Positions 9,059 to 16,936 of a stretch of 41,549 bases of DNA are shown one piece after another. Position 1 is the first letter of the stretch. Each line of letters starts with the position of its first letter. The DNA is from an uncultured Gammaproteobacteria bacterium (GTDB lineage: Bacteria > Patescibacteriota > Microgenomatia > CAZETR01 > Amesbacteraceae). The notes under the pieces were generated by a model. It saw only the letters and a list, made by a program, of their open reading frames with translations. It was not told the DNA's origin and made no database searches. The stretch covers positions 1 through 41,549 of the forward strand of contig CAYITQ010000002.1 of assembly GCA_964366335.1 (NCBI GenBank), read 5' to 3'. The translations under genes were made by a program, and so were the position numbers.

Positions 9059-10081
9059 ATGTCTGCACTGCCCAAAATTGGTTTGGATATAGGTTCTGCC
9101 TCGATTAAACTGGCGGAATTGGCACCCGTTGGGAAAAAATGGAAACTTCTGACCATGGCCTCGATCCCCTCCCCGGCCAACTGGATGAGTAATCAAAAAG
9201 CCAACAGTAGTCTCGTGGTCTCGGATATCATCAAACTGTGCAAAGAGGCAGGGGTACACGGAAGAAGAGTAGTTATTGCTCTTCCTGAAGAACAGGTCTC
9301 GTCGCATATTATTGAATTGCCAACCATGGAGGATGCCGAAGTTGAACAAGCCTTGCAGTGGCAGGTGGAGCAATATATTCCCATGCCTCTGGATCAGGCG
9401 GTCTGGAGCTATCAAATTGTCCGGCGGGATACTGTCGGCAATGGTGGAATAGAGGTTCTCGTGGCGGCTGTAGCCAAAAGTCTCGTAGAATTTTACCGGT
9501 CAGTCGCTGAAAGCAGTGGACTTGAGGTCTTGGCACTGGAAACCGAACTGATGTCCACAGCCAGGTCAGTCTTGCCTGCCAATCCCCAATTGGCGCTTGT
9601 GGTAGATATTGGTTCAAACAGTACCGATATAGGGCTGGTCCAAAACGGTAACCTATTATTTACCAGGGCAATCGCCACAGCCTCCAATGCCTTCAACCGG
9701 GCCATAGAAACCGGCCTTGGACTAGAATCAAGTCAAGCCGAAGAATACAAAAATACTTACGGATTTTCAAATAACCACATGGAAGGAAAATTAACGGAAG
9801 TGATGGCTCCGGTTCTGAATATGATAATTGAAGAAATAAAAAAGACCATTGATTTTTATTCTACCAAACATCATGGAGAAACGGTAAAATTTATCACGCT
9901 ATCCGGAGGAGCCGCGGCAATTCCGGAGATTATCGCTCAAATATCGACAAAGTTGGGACTGGAGGTAAATATGGCTGATCCGTTTGCCAGAGTAATACTC
10001 GATGAATCGCAAAAAAAAGCCATCGGTATTACTGGCCCTTTTTATTCAGTAGCCTTGGGTCTTTCTATGCGTGAGATATGA
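9059..10081 (+). CDS. pilM: type IV pilus assembly ATPase-fold protein PilM
   Basis: Contains actin-like phosphate motifs (GLDIGSASIKLAEL, VVDIGSNSTDIG, LSGGAA), and its size is typical of PilM. Confidence 0.85.
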   Translation: MSALPKIGLDIGSASIKLAELAPVGKKWKLLTMASIPSPANWMSNQKANSSLVVSDIIKLCKEAGVHGRRVVIALPEEQVSSHIIELPTMEDAEVEQALQWQVEQYIPMPLDQAVWSYQIVRRDTVGNGGIEVLVAAVAKSLVEFYRSVAESSGLEVLALETELMSTARSVLPANPQLALVVDIGSNSTDIGLVQNGNLLFTRAIATASNAFNRAIETGLGLESSQAEEYKNTYGFSNNHMEGKLTEVMAPVLNMIIEEIKKTIDFYSTKHHGETVKFITLSGGAAAIPEIIAQISTKLGLEVNMADPFARVILDESQKKAIGITGPFYSVALGLSMREI

Positions 10082-10572
10082 TAAATTTACTACCAAAGTC
10101 AGTTAGCAATTCTGGTCCGCTTGAAAAAGCCCGGCACTTGATTGTTGCAATTACGACTTTGATAATTGTAGTTTTCGTGGTAAGTGTGGTCTCAATATTG
10201 GCTATTAGTTTTTATCAGGGTACCAAGGACCGGGAATTGACAGGACAGATAGACCGCCTGAGCTTAGAAATAAATAAGTTGAGTAGCCGTGAGGCCCGCA
10301 TCCGCCAGATTGACCTTAGGCAAAAATCAATAAGCAAATTTTTAGATACCAGAGCAAAGTCAGCCTCACAATTGAATTCACTAAATATAATGAGCGAGAG
10401 AATAGTAATAGACACTTGGGATTTTAAATCCGGAAAAATGGGTGTAATTTCTTCGAGTAGCGCCGATTTGCAGGATTATGTCCAACAATTAAAGCCGAAG
10501 TTTACAAATTTACAATTAGACAAAACCACGCAGAAAGGAGGCACATGGATTTCGACATTGACACTCAAATAA
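10078..10572 (+). CDS. pilN: PilN-like pilus assembly protein
   Basis: Starts with the PilN signature MINLLP, followed by a single TM helix and a coiled coil. The start overlaps the pilM stop by 4 nt. Confidence 0.65.
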   Translation: MINLLPKSVSNSGPLEKARHLIVAITTLIIVVFVVSVVSILAISFYQGTKDRELTGQIDRLSLEINKLSSREARIRQIDLRQKSISKFLDTRAKSASQLNSLNIMSERIVIDTWDFKSGKMGVISSSSADLQDYVQQLKPKFTNLQLDKTTQKGGTWISTLTLK

Positions 10573-11051
10573 AGCTGGCTCGGCCCTATCTGTGGCTGGC
10601 CTTTCCGGTATTGACAGTAATTATAATTATTGTTTCACTTTCTTTAATCGTCGGAAATTCCGATAGTCTGATGAATAGAATAAGTCAGGCTAATCAAAAA
10701 ATACAAACTAATATCAAGTTAAAGGCTGCCCTGGAAACAAAATTAACTGTTTTGAAATCTGCAGATGAGCAAGCTCTAAATGAAAAACTCAAATCGTTGG
10801 CGGAGTCTTTACCCTTGGAAAAAGAAATTTGGGTGGCAATAACTAAGCTAAGAATGGCAGGCAGTCTGACATCGTTTCATAATTCCGGAAACCAGACTAT
10901 TAGTGTGGAATACAATGTAGCCGATAGTCTGGCTTTAGAAAAACTTTTGCAAAAAATAGATGAGCTAAAACCACTAATGTCAGTAAATGACATATCATAT
11001 GGAGCCAAAAAAGCGAGGCTTGAAATTGAAATTGCTAATCTACCAAAGTAA
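10545..11051 (+). CDS. PilO-like pilus assembly protein
   Basis: The call rests on position after pilMN, an N-terminal TM helix plus coiled coil, and an AAGGAGG Shine-Dalgarno upstream of the ATG. No diagnostic motif was found. Confidence 0.45.
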   Translation: MDFDIDTQIKLARPYLWLAFPVLTVIIIIVSLSLIVGNSDSLMNRISQANQKIQTNIKLKAALETKLTVLKSADEQALNEKLKSLAESLPLEKEIWVAITKLRMAGSLTSFHNSGNQTISVEYNVADSLALEKLLQKIDELKPLMSVNDISYGAKKARLEIEIANLPK

Positions 11052-11256
11052 TTTGAACAGAAGGAAGATTGTTGTTAGCACAATAAGCGGTACACAAACT
11101 ACGAAGAGCGTTAATAATAGATCCTCCACGGCCGATTACCCGTCCGGTATCCTCAGGATTAACCTTTAGACTTATGAGATTTTCATCAATAATCACAGAT
11201 AATTCGTCCGGATGAGATAGCAAGGGCGTAAGACAAAAAACTATAAAGTCTTGCAT
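11035..11256 (-). CDS. khpA: KH-domain RNA-binding protein (KhpA/YlqC family)
   Basis: Contains the GXXG KH motif VIGRGGSIINALR, is 73 aa long, and sits in the classic position after rpsP. Confidence 0.7.
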   Translation of the reverse strand: MQDFIVFCLTPLLSHPDELSVIIDENLISLKVNPEDTGRVIGRGGSIINALRSLCTAYCANNNLPSVQITLVD

Positions 11257-11465
11257 AAACTTTTTACTTTTTCGCTAATTTGTGCACCCTGCCCTACCCA
11301 ATACTTTAACTTCTCCTGATCCAGAGTCAGCTTATTTTCCACAGGATGAAAATGACCCAATACTTCCACGGGTCTACCCGTGAGTTTGGATTTTGATTCA
11401 ACCACACTAATCCGATAATGAATCTGCTTTTTCTTTCCGATTGGACTGAGCTTGATTCTTAACAT
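11241..11465 (-). CDS. rpsP: 30S ribosomal protein S16
   Basis: MLRIKLSPIGKKKQIHYRISV...GHFHP is a canonical S16 N-terminus. Confidence 0.95.
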   Translation of the reverse strand: MLRIKLSPIGKKKQIHYRISVVESKSKLTGRPVEVLGHFHPVENKLTLDQEKLKYWVGQGAQISEKVKSLCKTL

Positions 11466-11477
11466 GCACTTATTATA

Positions 11478-12137
11478 TCAGGCTGGAAAGAGTTTAGCCA
11501 GAGCCGCAGTGGCGGCCTCTGTCTGGGCCTTTTGCTTGCTGTGTCCATGACCGCAACCAGCCGATTTATTATTAACTTTGACTTCGATTTCAAATAATTT
11601 GGCATGATCGGGCCCTTGGGCGGACAATGTTTTGTAAATCGGGGTTCCAAAGCCAGCTGCCTGGGACTTTTCCTGCAAGAGACTTTTTGGATCTTTCAAA
11701 TCACCATCAGCCAATATCTCTTCATCAGAAAAAATATCTGTCAGATATTTTTGGCAGACAAAAAGGCCACCATCCAAAAAAAGCGCTCCCAAAACCGATT
11801 CAAAAGTGTTGGCCAATAGTCCTACATTGGTCCGGCCTCCGGTTTCTTCTTCCCCCCTACTCAGTTTGAGCATTTGGTCCAGTTCTAATAATTTGGCTTT
11901 ACGAGCCAAGGTGATGGTCTGAACTAAATTGGATCTTCGCGAAGTCAATTCACCTTCAGGCGAGTGGGGAAAGAGTCTAAACAGCCTATCTGATATTACG
12001 ATAGACAGAACAGAATCTCCCAGAAATTCCAACCGCTCATTTGATTCTAGTCCGGAATGCTCGTTGCAATAAGACTTGTGAATCAAAGCCGGTTCCAGAA
12101 GAGCAGGATTTTTGAAATAAGAAATAATATTACTCAT
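11478..12137 (-). CDS. rnc: ribonuclease III
   Basis: Contains the RNase III signature ERLEFLGDSVL and a C-terminal dsRBD (PDHAKLFEIEV...AATAALAKL). I started it at MSNIIS, 12137. Confidence 0.93.
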   Translation of the reverse strand: MSNIISYFKNPALLEPALIHKSYCNEHSGLESNERLEFLGDSVLSIVISDRLFRLFPHSPEGELTSRRSNLVQTITLARKAKLLELDQMLKLSRGEEETGGRTNVGLLANTFESVLGALFLDGGLFVCQKYLTDIFSDEEILADGDLKDPKSLLQEKSQAAGFGTPIYKTLSAQGPDHAKLFEIEVKVNNKSAGCGHGHSKQKAQTEAATAALAKLFPA

Positions 12138-12699
12138 CAATTTCGAGTTGGGGATCAAATGCCTCCAACAATTCACCTACGTTGTTTATGGAACTTTCCC
12201 ATCCTTCGGGGGCAGTCAGATCCAGAGCGTCCTGAAGCTTGGTCAATAGGTCCTGAGTATTACCCATATCAGACAAAATAATATCCGAAGTGATACTATC
12301 GGGCTCGCGTTGCCACTCGTTGGCCAAAAACTGAATGATAGCTGTTCTTTTTTGCATATTTTTGACAATGTTTCCTAAAACTCCGTTTATAAAACCCCAA
12401 CTATGGTCGGACCCAAACTCGTGGGCCAATTCCACTGACTCATCTATAATAACCCGAACGGGGGCGGTCTTGTCAACCACCAATTCCCAAGTAGCCAGAC
12501 GTAATATTGCCAAGTCTACCGGATTGATCCGGGAAAGAGGCCATTGCGGGGCGGATTTGACAATGAATAAATCAATTAAAACCAGATGACCCCAAATATC
12601 TTTGATTAGCACACCAGGCTTTTTTCTAAAACTGGCTGTATACAAAGCCTGCATGAGCTTCACCCGTCTGATGTGTCTGGGATCGGATGCCGTTTTCAT
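12130..12699 (-). CDS. nusB: NusB-like antitermination factor with an acidic C-terminal extension of about 55 aa
   Basis: N-terminal RHIRRVKLMQALY and ILRLATWEL fit the NusB fold. At 189 aa it is longer than typical NusB. Confidence 0.75.
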   Translation of the reverse strand: MKTASDPRHIRRVKLMQALYTASFRKKPGVLIKDIWGHLVLIDLFIVKSAPQWPLSRINPVDLAILRLATWELVVDKTAPVRVIIDESVELAHEFGSDHSWGFINGVLGNIVKNMQKRTAIIQFLANEWQREPDSITSDIILSDMGNTQDLLTKLQDALDLTAPEGWESSINNVGELLEAFDPQLEIDE

Positions 12700-12864
12700 T
12701 TATTTTTTTCCTTTGTATTGGCCACAATATTTGCAAGCCCGGTGGGGAAAAGTCAGCTCGTGACACAGCGGACAGGAAACCAGAGTCGGAAGCTTAAGCT
12801 TAATAGTTGCCCGCCTTTTTCCCTGGCGGGCGGTGGACCAACGGCGTTTAGTTAAAGGTGTCAT
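12700..12864 (-). CDS. rpmF: 50S ribosomal protein L32 (54 aa; absent from the ORF track because it is under 60 aa)
   Basis: My own translation is MTPLTKRRWSTARQGKRRATIKLKLPTLVSCPLCHELTFPHRACKYCGQYKGKK, with the L32 N-terminal basic motif and a CxxC...CxxC zinc ribbon. The TAA stop directly abuts the nusB ATG. Confidence 0.9.
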   Translation of the reverse strand: MTPLTKRRWSTARQGKRRATIKLKLPTLVSCPLCHELTFPHRACKYCGQYKGKK

Positions 12865-12870
12865 GCTACC

Positions 12871-12899
12871 ATTTTAACTAAAACTTTAACTAATCGCAA
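12871..12899 (-). promoter_or_regulatory. promoter of the rpmF-nusB-rnc-rpsP-khpA operon
   Basis: On the minus strand: TTGCGA, a 17-nt spacer, TAAAAT, then 6 nt (ggtagc) and the rpmF ATG. Confidence 0.55.
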
Positions 12900-12913
12900 G
12901 CATCAACATCTGA

Positions 12914-12941
12914 TTGCTCTTTCATGAATCTATGATATAAT
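12914..12941 (+). promoter_or_regulatory. promoter of the nadE operon
   Basis: TTGCTC, a 16-nt spacer, then TATAAT preceded by TGa (extended -10). The ATG lies 13 nt downstream. Confidence 0.55.
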
Positions 12942-12954
12942 GTGATACATTAAT

Positions 12955-13944
12955 ATGGTTGAATCTCGAATGCGGTTTACTCCAGTTTCCACAGAAGTAG
13001 CTCAATGGTTCCCAATCCCAAAAGAAGGCCAAGTTAATCCTGAAGCTAGAATAAGACCAGAAAGGATCGTAATCCCCGAAAAAGTCATAACTGAACTGAA
13101 ACTTTATGTGAGAAAAACTCTTAAAGAAATATCGGGTTATTCAAAACCTGATCTGGACGGAGTTGTAGTCGGCTTATCGGGTGGTGTTGATTCGGCCACA
13201 ACCGCCGCACTATGTAGAGAAGCCATTTTGGGAACAAATCACTTCGTCAAAGGCTTGGTCTTAGGCAGAGGTTCCGAAGGAGAACAAGGATCGATGAACC
13301 CAGTCGAGTACCAGGACGTTTTATGTGCCATTCAATCAGCAAGGGATATGGGAATTGACTATGAGTATGTAGACATTAGCCCCTTAATTGACTCCGTAAA
13401 ACAAGTTTTTCCAAATTCCCAACCGTGGGAATTAAGTGGAATCTTGCCCAGATTAAGGTCTACACTGCTTTATCAGTTTGCTGACAGCAATAATGCTATT
13501 TGTGCAGGGACCACAAATGGAACAGAATTTATCTTGGCCGCCTTTAGTGTCGGAGGTCCTGCTGGGCATTTTCAACCATTTGTAGATTTTTACAAATCTG
13601 AGGTATATAAAATCGCAGAAATATTGGGCGTTCCTAGCTATATAAGAGACCGAAAACCTGCAATTAGTGAGTTGGGAATTTATGACGAACAATTATATGG
13701 AGGTACTTGTTATATTCTAGACCCAATTTTAAGAAGAATGAATTGGCAAGGTAAAAGCCCTGAAAAAGTAGCCAGGGAATTAGGACATGACGTTGAATGG
13801 CTACGAAGAATCAAAGAACAAAGAATTGAGGGGGAGAAGGGAAGAAAGTTTCCTCCTGCTTTTGTTGTGGGCAGAGGATTTAAGATAGAAATTAAGCCAA
13901 ATGTTAAATTGGATAGAGATAAGTATTTTAATAACTTAAAATGA
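12955..13944 (+). CDS. nadE: NAD+ synthetase (ATP-pyrophosphatase domain only)
   Basis: Contains the PP-loop GLSGGVDSATTAAL, TTNGTE, and KSEVYKIAEILGVP..KPAISEL. Confidence 0.82.
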   Translation: MVESRMRFTPVSTEVAQWFPIPKEGQVNPEARIRPERIVIPEKVITELKLYVRKTLKEISGYSKPDLDGVVVGLSGGVDSATTAALCREAILGTNHFVKGLVLGRGSEGEQGSMNPVEYQDVLCAIQSARDMGIDYEYVDISPLIDSVKQVFPNSQPWELSGILPRLRSTLLYQFADSNNAICAGTTNGTEFILAAFSVGGPAGHFQPFVDFYKSEVYKIAEILGVPSYIRDRKPAISELGIYDEQLYGGTCYILDPILRRMNWQGKSPEKVARELGHDVEWLRRIKEQRIEGEKGRKFPPAFVVGRGFKIEIKPNVKLDRDKYFNNLK

Positions 13945-14798
13945 AAACCTTAAATATCGGTTATTTTCAATTTTTGCCTAAATTTTTGGAAGTTCAAGCC
14001 AACCTCAAAAGGATTAGAGGTCTTGTCGAAAAAAATAAGGAGAGAATTAAGAAATTAGACTTAGTTGTTTTCCCGGAGTATTTTCTGTCAGGACCACAAA
14101 AGCTTGATTTGATGAAAGAGTATGAAAAAGAATTTTCAAGTGAGCAAATACTTAATTCTCTAAAAGAGATCTCAAAGATTTCTCCGAAAACTATATTTGT
14201 CATGGGCTCATTTCTCTATAAAAGGTCTGGAAAGTTCTTTAATGCTTGTTTCGTGATAAAAAATGGGGAGATATTGACAAGCCAATACAACAAAAAAGCT
14301 CTTATTTATAATGAAAACTACGTTTGTGCCTCGGACAATAAATCTGCGACTTTCAAAGTTGGCGACATAAAAATTGGTTTGGCAATTTGTTGGGATTTAA
14401 TTTTGCCAGAAGTATTTAGAATGTACGCCAAGAAAGTCGACTTAGTTGTAATTCCTTCTTTTTGGGGGATTGGAGGTAACGCACTTCAGGCTAAATACTC
14501 ATTTTCTTTGGAGAAAAAATACTACACGGCTCTAGGAATAAGCAGAGCTTATGAAAACTCATTTGCGCTTCTTTTTGTAAACTCTGTTGGTAAATACAAA
14601 TCAAGTTTCTATTCCGATAGAATGATGGGTGGCTCTTTTTTTGTTAATCCACCTTTAGGAATAGCTCACAAAACTAATGATAAAAATCCGGAAAAACTAC
14701 ATCTGATAGAATTTGACCCGAAGCCTCTACTTCAATATAAAGAATACTACGCAACAGACAAAGATTACTTTTATTACAAAAGCAAGAAAGTGATTTAA
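13941..14798 (+). CDS. carbon-nitrogen hydrolase (nitrilase superfamily)
   Basis: Catalytic triad context is VVFPEY (Glu), a Lys region, and GLAICWD (Cys). It is coupled to nadE by an ATGA overlap. Confidence 0.8.
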   Translation: MKTLNIGYFQFLPKFLEVQANLKRIRGLVEKNKERIKKLDLVVFPEYFLSGPQKLDLMKEYEKEFSSEQILNSLKEISKISPKTIFVMGSFLYKRSGKFFNACFVIKNGEILTSQYNKKALIYNENYVCASDNKSATFKVGDIKIGLAICWDLILPEVFRMYAKKVDLVVIPSFWGIGGNALQAKYSFSLEKKYYTALGISRAYENSFALLFVNSVGKYKSSFYSDRMMGGSFFVNPPLGIAHKTNDKNPEKLHLIEFDPKPLLQYKEYYATDKDYFYYKSKKVI

Positions 14799-14799
14799 T

Positions 14800-15855
14800 A
14801 TGGCTAAATTTATAGTTGATAAGAACAAAATCAAAGAAAATGTAGCCAAGCTTAAGGGTGCGTTCAAGAACAAGGATTTGAGTTTCCAGCTGTTTTACTC
14901 CGTAAAGACTAATTATTCAAAACCCGTTTTGGAAACAATTAAAGAATCTGACTCTGAATATGAAATTCTATCCGATTTTGAGTGGCAACTCGTAAAAGAC
15001 TTAAAACCTAAAGAGATTGTTCTAAACGGGCCTGCAAAAAATGTCCAACTTGTTAATGAAATTCTGGAAAATGTGGAGGTTCTTTATTTTAACATTGACA
15101 ATGATACAGATTTTAAAATTGTTAATGATATCAAATTTGATTGGAGAAAGAAGCTAAAGATTGGTCTTAGAGTATATCTGAACGCAGAAGGAGTTTGGAA
15201 CAGATTTGGATATGACATATCTTCACAAGACCTATCGGGGAAAATACAGAAGTTAGATCAACCATTAGTAGGAATTCATTTTCATTTTTCAACCAATAAT
15301 TTCAAAATCTCCAATTATGAGCTCTTACTCAAGAAAATTAAAGAATTTGTGGATAAAGCGAAAATAAAGCTGGAATATTTGGATATTGGAGGTGGTCTGC
15401 CTGCAGCCAATGAGTTTATCTACAAACAAGAAATATATGAAAAACTGCCTAGTTTGATCTCAAGTATTTTTCCCGGCTTGAAAATAATTAGCGAGGCAGG
15501 AAGAAATATTGTCGCAGACGCAATGGATCTAGAAGCAGAGGTAATTTCTCAGAAAAGAATCGGATATAATAAATTTCAAGTGAATATTGATACCAACATT
15601 ATGCATATTCTTTGTGCCTACGAGAAAAAGTTTTGGCTGGAATATAAATCTAACAAGAAAAGCAAAAAGGAATCAATCGAATCAGAGATATATGGCAACT
15701 CATGTATGCAAATTGACAAATTTGCAGACTCTGTATTGATTGCGCAAGAGCCAGTTGTTGGAGATAAAGTTATTATTCACAACATTGGTGCCTATTCTTA
15801 TAGCCAAGCAGCTAATTTTATTACTCCTGTTCCAGAGGTTAAAACCAATGAATAA
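14800..15855 (+). CDS. fold-type III PLP-dependent decarboxylase (Orn/DAP/Arg decarboxylase family), short form
   Basis: Contains the PLP-lysine motif FYSVKTN, DIGGGLP, SEAGRNIVA, GNSCMQID and NIGAYSY. Confidence 0.75.
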   Translation: MAKFIVDKNKIKENVAKLKGAFKNKDLSFQLFYSVKTNYSKPVLETIKESDSEYEILSDFEWQLVKDLKPKEIVLNGPAKNVQLVNEILENVEVLYFNIDNDTDFKIVNDIKFDWRKKLKIGLRVYLNAEGVWNRFGYDISSQDLSGKIQKLDQPLVGIHFHFSTNNFKISNYELLLKKIKEFVDKAKIKLEYLDIGGGLPAANEFIYKQEIYEKLPSLISSIFPGLKIISEAGRNIVADAMDLEAEVISQKRIGYNKFQVNIDTNIMHILCAYEKKFWLEYKSNKKSKKESIESEIYGNSCMQIDKFADSVLIAQEPVVGDKVIIHNIGAYSYSQAANFITPVPEVKTNE

Positions 15856-16936
15856 AAAAGTAGCTCTAGTCACAGATTTGAAAGTTGTCGATAGCCCACA
15901 AGCTGGTTTGGGAGTGGCAAGGTGTCTCAAAGAAGCTGATTTCAAAGTGATCGGTGTAGACGATACCCCACTTGTTACACAAAATAAAGATTTATTCGAT
16001 AAGGTCTTTTGTTGGGAAGAGTTTAGAACTTTAAATTTTGACTCTTTAATAAAAAAATTAATTGATGTCAAAGAAACTTATGGTTTGGATTATATATTCC
16101 CCTGTTATGATGAAACTGCAGTTCTTTTTTCTTTTATCAAGGACAAGTTAGACTTTTTGAAAATTAAATTGTTCGCACCTCCAAAGGAAACTCTGAAGAA
16201 ACTTAGAAAAGAAAATTTGGCTGAATTAATTGGTGATGGTCCTAAATATTGCACTCCAAAAAGAAAGGTAATAAAAAGTGTTGACGAAGCCCAAAAATTT
16301 GCTGAATCACTTGGTTTTCCTGTGATTTGTAAAGGATTAACAAAAGGGGCATATATTTGCAAAAATGAGAATGACCTGGCTGGGAATATCCGAAGGATTT
16401 CTGATATATGGAATGGTGGAGAAATTGCTTGCATTATCGAGGAATATATAACTGGAAGATATGTTAATTGCATAGTGGCCATTAAAAACAATAAAGTTGT
16501 TGGTTTTGTTGAAATGCAGAAGATCGGTCTTGATCAAAACGGTGCTACCTGGTTTGGAAAAATCAAAAATTCAAAAGAATTATTGCTATTGGCAAAGGAG
16601 CTTGTGAAGAAAAACGATTTCTCAACATGCATAATTGAGATTGAAACGATAGAGAAAGATGGAAAATATTTCGTTTATGAAATTAATCCAAGAGCTCCAG
16701 CCTGGATTTATGCACCTTGCTTGTTAGGTCTAAATTTACCCGAACTAGTTACGATGGATAGGGCTAAAAATGGCATCAGTTTTGTAAAAGAAGAAGGATT
16801 TTTTGGACGAGAGGTTAAGGATTTTATTCGTAAAGATATACAAGGTTATGAAGATAAAATGAATTTTTACTCAAAAGGAGCTGCGTATAAGAGTAATGGT
16901 TACAAATATCCTTCTGAACTTTTATTAGATATATGA
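15848..16936 (+). CDS. ATP-grasp carboxylate-amine ligase, substrate unknown
   Basis: I started it at MNKKVALV (15848), which overlaps the decarboxylase stop by 8 nt. It contains FPVICKG, IIEEYITG and YEINPRAPAW. Confidence 0.72.
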   Translation: MNKKVALVTDLKVVDSPQAGLGVARCLKEADFKVIGVDDTPLVTQNKDLFDKVFCWEEFRTLNFDSLIKKLIDVKETYGLDYIFPCYDETAVLFSFIKDKLDFLKIKLFAPPKETLKKLRKENLAELIGDGPKYCTPKRKVIKSVDEAQKFAESLGFPVICKGLTKGAYICKNENDLAGNIRRISDIWNGGEIACIIEEYITGRYVNCIVAIKNNKVVGFVEMQKIGLDQNGATWFGKIKNSKELLLLAKELVKKNDFSTCIIEIETIEKDGKYFVYEINPRAPAWIYAPCLLGLNLPELVTMDRAKNGISFVKEEGFFGREVKDFIRKDIQGYEDKMNFYSKGAAYKSNGYKYPSELLLDI

